Below are positions 54,115-64,000 of a DNA stretch of 64,000 nt, piece by piece. A model generated the notes under the pieces. The model ran no database searches and was not told the DNA's origin. It saw only the letters and a program-made list of their open reading frames with translations. A program made the position numbers and the translations under genes. This DNA is from Eledone cirrhosa (taxonomy: Eukaryota): NCBI GenBank assembly GCA_964016885.1, contig OZ024758.1:15314001-15378000 (forward strand), read 5' to 3'. The stretch's first letter is position 1, and every line of letters begins with the position of its first letter.

Positions 54115-54217
54115 CATGGTGTCCCCCAAAAAATGTATACACACTTCAACAGCATTCTAATAAATATTGACTGTAAGGGTAATAAAAAGATTGTATACAT
54201 TTTTAGGGGACACCCTG
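54115..54217. mobile_element. Tc1/mariner-type MITE
   Basis: TIRs catggtgtcccc..aaaatgtataca / tgtatacattttt.ggggacaccctg with TA flanks. Confidence 0.72.
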
Positions 54218-54696
54218 TATTTATGAAGTTTTAACATTTTGGTTTTTAAAATGCTTTTAGTGTCATTTAATAAACAGATCAAATGAAATGCATGCCTAAA
54301 AAACGTGAAAACAATTTTACGTCATAGTAAAAATCTGCTTAAAGATTTAATAGTATTACGCGTAACTCACACCAGCATACCTTTCAATTAGTTAACTAAA
54401 AAATTCAATATTCAACTTTTCTGTAATTTTGAAAAAAAAATGTCTTTTTTCTTCATTAGTACATTTAGTTTGAAACTTCTAAAATCATATAAGCTGGTTA
54501 AGATTTTTTCAATCAGCCAAATTACTACTGAAAATTGTCAAAATATTGACTTTTAGTATAAGCCACAGATTTTACCATCACTTTTTTTTTTTTTTTTTTT
54601 TTGTGATGCAGATTTCTCTGCTTATATTTGGTATTTGGTTCTAAAGAAAGAACTGGGTTCTTTGATATGGTTTTAAATAAGGTTCTGAGCAATATA

Positions 54697-55321
54697 TTCT
54701 TCTTCTTCGCCCCCTCATTCCTGAGAGAGTCAAGTGAGCAGAGTCCTCAAACACTCCTTCCAGCAGGTACTGTCAGAAGCCGCCGTCTCCAACAGATCCG
54801 GCTAGATCTCCAGGCATGACCAACCAAGCTCATGGATGTTATCCAACCATCTTGCTTGGGGTCTACCTTTGCGTCTCCTACCGGTTGGTTTTGCCCATAA
54901 AATCTGTCCAACGATTCTTTCCTGAGACATTCTAACCACATGTCCATAGTATCAGAGCTGTGATCTCTCAATTTGGAGAAGTAGCAGCTCTACCTGGAGT
55001 GACTCTCTGATCTCCAAGCTACAAATCTGTCCAGCGATTCTTTCCCGAGACATTCTAACCACATGTCCATAGTATCAGAGCTGTGATCTCTCAATTTGGA
55101 GAAGTAGCAGCTCTACCTGGAGTGACTCTCTGATCTCCAAGCTACAAATCTGTCCAGCGATTCTTTCCCGAGACATTCTAACCACATGTCCATAGTATCA
55201 GCTGTGATCTCTCAATTTGGAGAAGTAGCAGCTCTACCTGGAGTGACTCTCTGATCTCCAAGCTACAAAATCTGTCCAGCGATTCTTTCCTGAGACATTC
55301 TAACCACATGTTCATAGTATC
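54697..55321 (-). mobile_element. Second copy of the same RTE-like family, also with a tandemly repeated segment of about 122 bp
   Basis: Reverse-complement homology to 33586-34160 and a (GAA)n tail. Confidence 0.75.
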
Positions 55322-56989
55322 GAAACTATAATTTCTAAAGTGTCAACTATATTTTACAAAAAGAAATTATGCAATAATGAAAATATGGTTTTAAAATCAT
55401 TTTGAAAAATGTAATTTTCTTTTAAGGATGCTGGAGATGTTTGTTTTTAAACATGTCCAAACAGATTGATGGGCAGTGTTGTTCTAGTTAGAAATTAAGG
55501 AGAGTCAGTTACAATTAATGTTGCTGCCACAGAAATTGTCAGATTTCCATGAAATATTGCAACACAGTTACTTCTAGTCAATATCTGTTAAGAGATGTAT
55601 GGTCTAGTGGTAAGGGTGTTGGACTCAATCATAATATCGGCAGTTAGATTCCTGGACCGGGTTATGTGTTGTGTTCTTGAGCAAAAACACTTCATTTCAT
55701 GTTGCTCCATTATACTCAGCTGAAAATGAGTACCAGCAATAGCTGGGGAGTTAACCCTGTGATGGACTGGCATCTTGTCCAAGAGGGAGTCTTGTACTCT
55801 CAGTTGCTTCACTCCATAAAACCAGGATAAGTACTGCCCTGACAAGCTTAAGACAGACACCCTGTGATGGACTGGTGTCCTGTCTAGGGTGGAATCTTGT
55901 ACTCTCAGATGGTGTTGGTAGTGGTGCCAGTGGTGATGGTGATGGTGGTGGTGTGATGGCAGTGGTGATGATGGTGGCAGTGGTGGTGCTTATGATGGTG
56001 GCAGTGGTGGTGGTGATGGTGGCAGTGGTGGTGCTTATGATGGTGGCAGTGGTGACGATGGTGGTGGTGGTGATGGTGGCGGTGTGCTGACAATGGTGTG
56101 ATGGCAGTACTGATGATGCTGACGATGATGGCAGTGGTGGTGCTGACGATGGTGGCAGCGGTGATGACGGGGGGGGGGGGCGTGCTGGCAGTGGTGGTGT
56201 TTGCTTTAACTCTTAAAATATCCTGTTATGATTTAGCAGAAAATATCTAAAAAAAAAAAAAAAACGGGTTCCTTAATTCCAGTGTTTATTGCATTTTTAC
56301 TGGGGGGTTGTGAACATTTCCAATATCAGAACTGAGAATTTCTCCTAAATTTTCAATGCCGTGCAGTCATACACTGTTTTATACTTTTCAATAATGTTTT
56401 TCTACTGCAGTTGTGTGCAGTACAGGGCATTAAGAGTTATCTCATCTTGAGTAACTGTCAACCTTGTTTATTTTCTCTTTATGTGAAATACATATTAAAT
56501 GTTTGGTCCTCATCAACAAAATGGCTTGTGTCAAGCTAATGTCTCATATTACGTGAAGACCTTCACGCAAATGCAAGTGTGATGTGTCGAAAGAAGCTGC
56601 AAATTATTAATATCTGTATTATAACAATTGTATAACTTTTTTTGTCTGTCTGTCACACACGAAAGCTATTATTATCTGTCAAAAACGTTCAAAATTTTTT
56701 TAGATTTAGAATCCATGAAATACAAATCTAAGAAAAAAAGAGGTGAGATGGCGATCAAATACTCTAAAATGTTCTCAGCCAATAGTGTTGACTGCCTCTT
56801 CCCCACCTCCTTTATATATATATATTAATTATACTATTTATGGTTATGCAAATACAAAAACCTTTTGCAGTTATATATATTTTTATAAACCCTAAATAGT
56901 GGTAGGCAGTAATATATTACTACCTTAGTTTGGAGGAAACAGTTGTAAGCATAAAAATGTTTTGAACAGTTCTTTGACTATTATAATTC

Positions 56990-57031
<42 letters not shown>

Positions 57032-57927
57032 GTGTGTGCACGCACACGTATCAGCTGTGCTAGGGGCGAGATATAAAATTCTAATTTTATTTTTATACAT
57101 ACATATTTATATATATACACTGTGAAGGCGTGTGGCTGAGTGGTTAGAGAATTGGATTTGCAATTGTGAGGGTGTGATTTCGATTCCCGGACCAGGTGAT
57201 GCGTTATGTCCTTGAGCAAGGCACTTTATTTCACGTTGCTCCTACTACTTGGATTTGCAACCGATAGATAGTATTAACAATTGGAAAGACCAACGGAAAC
57301 ACTGTTTCCTCGGTCCGATTTGACGACGAGCTCCATCCCACTCGTTAAGCGAATGGGGTCTGGGATCTTGTCGATAGACTGCCGAGATATATATACATAT
57401 ATAATACATATATGGGGTCTTACTTGTTCCTATTACCCACTCTACTACCCTAAGTATTGAGTACTTTGGTGCGTTATGGTCCACATGGTTCCTTACCACT
57501 TTTCCTTCGTTACACATATATATATATATATACATATATTGTTTATTTAATTCAATGAAATGTAAATAAAATTGTTTCTACTTTTGGCACAAGGCCAGAA
57601 ATTACTCCACCGCAGTGCATGTAAATATAATTGTTTCTACTTTTTGGCACAAGGCCAGCAATTATCCAGTGCATTACTGGTACTTTATTTTATCGACCCC
57701 GTAAGGATGAAAGGCAAAGTTAACCGTGGCATGTAAATATAATGAACTTATTTTTGTAATATTCTTTTTAAAAAAAATTAGTTTTGAACCTTCGCTGAAA
57801 ACTTCATGTTTTTATCTTTATTATTTATAAATTTAGAGCGATTTTTGTACGGACATGTTAAAAGGTTGAGGTTTCTTCTCCATTATATACAGTAATGAGT
57901 CATTCATTCACTGCATGTTATTTTCAG

Positions 57928-58280
57928 TACTCTCGGGTCCCAAATAATAGGGGTGTGTGGATAATAAGCAAGGGGTGGAATAAGTGGGAGAGTTGAAATA
58001 AGCTGGGGAGGCGTTGGGAAATCGGTAATTTTTCTAGGGTTTTTTGGGGGGTTTTTTTTAATACCAGAATTAGTCGTTTAGTTTACATATTGAGACCCTA
58101 ACCCATCCTATTTATTTTATAACGCATGGGATTTCTAGTAATGTTCTTTTCTGTCATGTATAATGTTTTTTAATGTATAAAGAAAATTAACTGTCGCAGG
58201 AATGCTACCACTTAAAATAAAATTTCGTTGGAGATAGATTAGCAAAATTCAATAAGCGTGGTGGGAGGGGTGGTGGACAT
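57928..58280. mobile_element. Decayed TIR element (Tc1/pogo-like) just upstream of the ZMYND19 exon
   Basis: Imperfect TIRs tactctcgggtcccaaataat / attattggagacctgatagta. Confidence 0.45.
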
Positions 58281-58322
58281 TATTGGAGACCTGATAGTAA
58301 TTATTTTCTGTAATTATATTGA

Positions 58323-58475
<153 letters not shown>

Positions 58476-60948
58476 TAAGTTACAAATTTTATTACTTCCA
58501 TTTCATAACAACAAACACATTCTCTCTTGTAAAATATTTCAGCTGCTGTTCACTTTGATAAGATAACATCAGTTGTCTCCCTTATTAAAAAAAGCTAACT
58601 TTAAATTGTTTCTTGTGTATTAAGGTTAGCGTTAACTACCAACAAGGATTGGCGCTGTACATTAAAATCAACTAGGGCGCACACCTCAGAGAGCTGCTTT
58701 ACTGAACTTTAAAGGATCACAGTTTTGTACAAATCTGTATAATTAAATTAAATATATAATATCTTGTGATCAATAAATTAATACTGACATTAGGGTATTG
58801 TTTTCAAAATAAATAATATCAAGATGTCATAGATTCGATATTATGTGAGATAATTATGGAAGTAAAGCCTTTACCATGAAAATATAATAGTAAATATAGA
58901 GTAATGTAAATGCTAAAGAGTTAAGCTTTTGCTAGTCACAAACTACTATTTTGTTAAACATTTTGATAGGAAACTGTCTGAAATCACCCCTGGATCTAAA
59001 ATACAAAACTGTTTATATTCATCTAAAAAAAAAACTTCCATTATAATTTTTATGAAAGAACCGTTGGTAAAAATTATGCCTGAAACACCAGATTAATAAT
59101 GTAGAAGTTAATTATATTTCGAAAATCCCTCCAAATTATTGATTATTTTCAAAATTTTTTGAAAATCGTTGGCACTGTTTTTCATTAGAAATATGGTAAT
59201 AAAAGGGTTAAAGATTTTGATAGCAACTTGCCTAATACAGGCCCTGGTTCTATGATTCAAAGCTATTTATTTTTAAAATTTCCATCATGATTTTATGTAA
59301 AACCTTTTGTTATGTTACAAACACCAGCTTAATAATGATTTCTACTCTAAACAAGCCAGAAATTTGGGGAGAGGAGAAAGTCGATTAAATCTACCCCAGA
59401 GCATTACTGGTACTTTATTTTATCAACCCCGTAAGGATGAAAGGCAAAGTTAACCTTGGCAGGATTTGAACTCAGATCATAAAGGGCCATAACTTTATGC
59501 GGCAAAGCATGGCGTCCAACCCTCTACCGATACTGCCAACAGAAATTTGGGGAGGGAGGAAAGTTGATTAAATCTACCCCAGTGTATTACTGGTGCTTTA
59601 TTTTATCAGCGCCATAAGGATATAAGGCAAAGCTAACCTCAGCGGGAAAAAAATATAAGCCGAGGAATATGTGACCAAAAAATTGATGGTAGAATGGGAG
59701 GTTGTCTTATATAGACCATTTAAACAATGTTTTAATTAGCTGCCTTGGTTTATAAATGACGTTTGGATTTTTGCCTATTTCTCGGATATAAAATTGGGGG
59801 GGGTCGCTTTTTATTCGAGTATACACAGTAATTGTTTTATGTGATCGTGTAGGTGTCGCGACAAAAAGCACCCAGCACACACTATCAATGTGGTTGGCGT
59901 TAGGAAGGGCATCCAGCCGTAGAAAACCAGCCAGAAAGTCTCCCATATGAGAGACGCGGTCACCCGACCCAACTTGCCTGTAAATGGGACAGACTCATCT
60001 AACCCATGCTAGCGTGGAAGATAGACGTTAATCGATGATGATAACATGGTGCCATAATTAAATATATATGTATACACCAGGTCTGAACACAAAGGAACTA
60101 ACTAAACTCCCACTGTCACTGCTTCCATCTCTTCCACTCTCCCCATTTCTCACTATTATGAGCAAATGGGTGAATCTATAAGATTTTAATATTTATTTTG
60201 AGAACAATACCTTAACATCAGTATGAGTGGCTGGTTACTGCAGGTTTGAACAGAAAGTAGTGAGAGAATTTTGGTCAGATATGGCTGGTTTAAAAAATGT
60301 CATTTTTATGTATTTATTAGTCTGTGTTCCATTATCAATGGACTAAACTACTCCTTTTGTTTCAACCATGTTCTTCAACGAAGGTTTTGACAAATCCTGC
60401 TGTGGCTATTTGAGTTAGTGGTAGACTTAACCCATTAGTATTTACATTGCTCTATTATATTTTCATGGTAAAGGCTTTATCATCATCACCGTTTTACGTC
60501 CGTTCTTCCACGCTAGCATGGGTTAGACAGGTTGTCCTGTTGTGGGCAGTGTCTGGTCGGCTGACCATGCCTTGCTCATACAGGAACTGATTTGGCTTGA
60601 TTTCTACAGCTGGATGCCCTTCCTAACACCAACCTCATTTACAGTGAGTGCTGGGTGCTTTTTTTCCGTGGCGCCTCCACGTCCACTTTACATAATATCG
60701 AATCTATGAGATTTTGATGATGATAATATCTATTTTGAGAACAATACCTTAACGTCAGTATGAGTGGCTGGTTACTGTAGGTTTAAACAGAAAGAGGTGA
60801 GAGAATTCTGGTCAGATATGACTGGTTTTAAAAATGTCATTTTTATCTACTTATTAGTCTGTGTTCTATTATCAATGGACTAAACTACTTTTTGTTTCAA
60901 CCATGTTCCTCAATGAAGGTTTTGACAAAAATCTATTTTATTTTCCAG

Positions 60949-61153
60949 GGAAAAACATTGTGGTGGGATTGCTCCACTTTGGAAAGTAATCCATAAAAAT
61001 GGTGTCACTGTAGATAACCGGTTGGATAATTTGGCCCTAGTCATGGAGTCCAGTTCAACATATCCTCTAGATGAGCCGTCCAATAAAGCCAACCGTGAAC
61101 AGTCTCTCTATTGGATTGCTGTACAGCAGCTTCAACATGATCCTATTGAAGAG
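60949..61153 (+). CDS. ZMYND19: ZMYND19 orthologue, next coding exon with HNH-like motif ([69 protein letters not shown])
   Basis: ttttccag acceptor and gag|gtaaga donor. The phase-2 junction with the previous exon rebuilds TGG (Trp). Matches recalled human [28 protein letters not shown]...[20 protein letters not shown]. Confidence 0.95.
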
Positions 61154-61196
61154 GTAAGATCTTTCTATGTGGATTAACCTCCTAATAATATTCTAA

Positions 61197-61600
61197 TGTG
61201 AAGGCATGTGGCCTGATGGTTAGAGTGTTTGACTTACAATCATAAGGTAATGAGTTTGATTCCTAGGCCAAGCAGTGCATTGTAGTCTAATGTGAAGGTA
61301 TGTGGCCTGATGGTTAGAGTGTTTGACTTACAATCATAAAGTGATGAGTTTGATTCCTAGGCCAAGCCGTGCATTGTATTCTAATGTGAAGGCATGTGGC
61401 CTGATGGTTAGTGTTTGACTTACAATCATAAGGTGATGAGTTTGATCCCTAGGCCAAGCAGTGCACTGTATTGTAGTCTGAAGGTACCCGGCCTGATGGT
61501 TAGTGCTGAACTTACAGTCATAAAGTGATGAGTTTGATTCCTAGGCCAAGCAGTGCATTGTAGTTTAATGTGAAGGCACTAACCTGATGGTTAGGGTGTT
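61197..61600 (+). repeat. About 4.4 tandem copies (about 94 bp each) of a SINE tRNA-like head
   Basis: tgtgaaggcatgtggcctgatggttagagtgtttgacttacaatcataagg..gagtttgattcctaggccaag repeated. Confidence 0.8.
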
Positions 61601-62439
61601 GGTTTAAACGCTAAAGGGTTAAATATTCTAATGCACCTTTCTATCTCTAAAGTTTCATGTTAAACATTAACATCAATAGCTATGATGAAAAATAACATAA
61701 AAAAGGATGCTAACAAATACCACAAGGTACTTTATCCAATGTTCTAATCTTCTAATAACTCTGCCAATTTGCTGTCTTGCCTATTGATGTGTGTCTGACT
61801 TAATAAATGGATTGAAGAAAGTAAATATTTCCTTCACTCTAATAGTTGTCATCAGTCCAATCTTTCAAAATATCCTTACAACATCATTAACTCCTATTTC
61901 TGTTTGATGCCCAATTGTGTACTTTTTTTTATAAGAGGCATTAATATATTGGCTACATCACATCATGCTTATTTTCAAAGTCTTCATCATCACCGCCGTC
62001 TTCTTCTCCTCCTCCTTATCCTAAGTCTTTTTCTATCCTAGATTCTGCGCCACAAACTAGCAATTTTGCAATCATAAGATTGCAGCACTTCAGCTATTGT
62101 TGAGAAGTTTAATGTATTTGTTCCAATAATCAAAGTGAAAACATTACTTTAAACTCTTAAACTTTCAAGATGTCCTTTTTAATCAATCAATCCTTAGAAT
62201 GTTGTAAGCTAAAAGTACACAGCTCTCTTCACTAATATCTCCATTGTAACCTACAATTTATATCAACTATGTCAAGAGAATTAACTGCTGAGGAAATTGA
62301 GTCTATTTGCTTGAACTTATAAAGTAACTTCTTTCAAAATTGTTTTCAATAGAGTCTATTAGTGTTTCTTTGAATCTCTCAGATGTGAAAGCCAGATGCT
62401 TTGAGAAACATTTGGTTGGATTTATTTGAATAAAAGTAG

Positions 62440-62472
<33 letters not shown>

Positions 62473-62861
62473 CATTTAATGTTATGGCTGTATGGTTAAG
62501 AAGTTTGTTTCACAACCACGTGGTTTGGGTTTTTTGTATCACTGTGTGACATCTCAAGCTGACCAATGACTTGTGAGTGAATATAGTAGTTGTGAATATG
62601 ATCAATGGAAACTTTAAGGAAATCCATAATATGAATGTGTGTGTGTGTGTTGCTTCAATGTATGGCACTTCAAGCTAACCAATAACTTGAGTGAATATGG
62701 TAGATGGAAACTTTAAGGAAACCCATCGTATAAACATGTCTGTTGCTTCACAGCTGACACTGCCAGATGATGTTCTTTGTTTGTTTTTAAATCTCTGTAA
62801 TGACAATATTCCTTGTAGCGCCGTGGTCCAACATACAAAGATTAATACTTTACTTCGTTAA

Positions 62862-63089
62862 CCCTTTAGCATTCACATTATTTTATATATACTATTATAT
62901 TTTCATGGTAAAGGCTTTACTCCACATAATTATCTCACATAATATTAATATCGAATCTATGAGATTTTGTGATATTATTTATTTAGAGAACAATACCTTA
63001 ACATCAGTTTGAGTGACCAGTTATGGCCAGTTTCAACAGAAAGAGGTAGAGAATTCTGGCTGGTTTGGGCCGGTTTGAACACTAAAGGG
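62862..63089. mobile_element. piggyBac-like MITE, unit length, within a ZMYND19 intron
   Basis: TTAA TSDs and ccctttagcattca / tgaacactaaaggg TIRs. Confidence 0.75.
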
Positions 63090-63330
63090 TTAAGCTATAC
63101 ACAAAATAACAACCAACGGTGATTTCTTGAACTATTGTTTATTGCATGACAAACATTTACAAATGTAAGAAGGAATGATCTACCCCCTAAAGTCCAGGTC
63201 TTGTTACTTACCTCATCAGAAGTCCCTTCACTTCTGACCAATTCAGTAACAAGTCTGCAGTAAGGGGCCTCCCATCAACAATTCATCTTTACAAGTTCAC
63301 AGCATTGCTCTATGCAGGAATCCTATAATC

Positions 63331-63525
63331 CAGTGGTTCATAAACTGGGTTCTGCGGAATCCAGGGGTTCTGCAAAGGAGTGTCAGGGGTTCTGTGAAAA
63401 GAAAGATAGGGGAGAATATTTATATTATGACCGTATAACAGTATTAGACTTTGGGGTTCCTCCCAAAGTTTCTGAAACAAAAAGGGTTCCAGGGTTCTGC
63501 GTTTGAAAAAGTTTAGAAAACCCTG
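63331..63525. mobile_element. hAT (Charlie-like) MITE
   Basis: TIRs cagtggttc..aaact / agtttagaaaaccctg, repeated gggttc subterminal motifs, and an imperfect 8-bp TSD (ctataatc/gtataaac). Confidence 0.7.
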
Positions 63526-64000
63526 GTATAAACTATCCTTCGCCCCCCGACGAGAATATTGCTTTGTCGCCAGCAAAGGTCGTAGCTTCTTGAACTTTTC
63601 CCACCTCATTCTTATTCTACTGTATTTTATTTAGATTTTCATGAACAATACATCAAATTGGCTGTTTGGGGAAATAGTTGATAATTATAATTAGCAATCT
63701 GACCAAATATTATAAACACTCAAATCCAAGCTATAAAACAAACTATATTATTAGAAGAAAACAAAAAAAAAATCAATGACTCAAGAAGTAGCCATTAAAT
63801 ATAAGACATTCGTGGAGCTCCTGATAATTTCATATATCTTACAGTAAAATAACCAGCTGCTATTATTAAGGTTTTGGTCATTTTCCTTCTAAAATGAGCT
63901 AAAATAAAGTATAAAGGGGTCTGACAGATAATTACAGGGAATTGCTGTTTGTATTATTAATAGCTTCTGCCCCACCACCACCATAAGTTATGTACAGCTA

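Noticed and set aside
56740-56830. CCAAT box and ATG (gatggcg) as the ZMYND19 promoter or first exon
   Set aside because: The translation does not resemble the ZMYND19 N-terminus and there is no clear donor; such motifs arise by chance.

Overview
AT-rich, microsatellite-dense animal genomic DNA. The SINE and MITE repertoire suggests a cephalopod, probably an octopus (inference). The only protein-coding sequence I can support is two spliced + strand exons of a ZMYND19 (MIZIP) orthologue at 58368-58474 and 60949-61153; its other exons were not found in the window. Most long ORFs in the track are simple-repeat artefacts. The window also holds a full-length U2 snRNA copy (probably a retrocopy), two tRNA-headed SINE families, RTE-LINE 3' fragments, mariner/Tc1, piggyBac-like and hAT MITEs, and three 48-bp minisatellites derived from one SINE segment. 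The most striking signal is a set of short non-coding elements, mostly inserted in (TA)n tracts. Many have fold-back (tail-out inverted) architecture, as Penelope-like retroelements do, and carry hammerhead-ribozyme (HHR) motifs: about 15 motif copies in about 9 unrelated families. One is a retrozyme-like 3x591-bp tandem array in which each unit carries an HHR with a compensatory U3-A8 core. Two insertions of another family begin at the predicted self-cleavage site. All structures were folded by eye and none has been tested.
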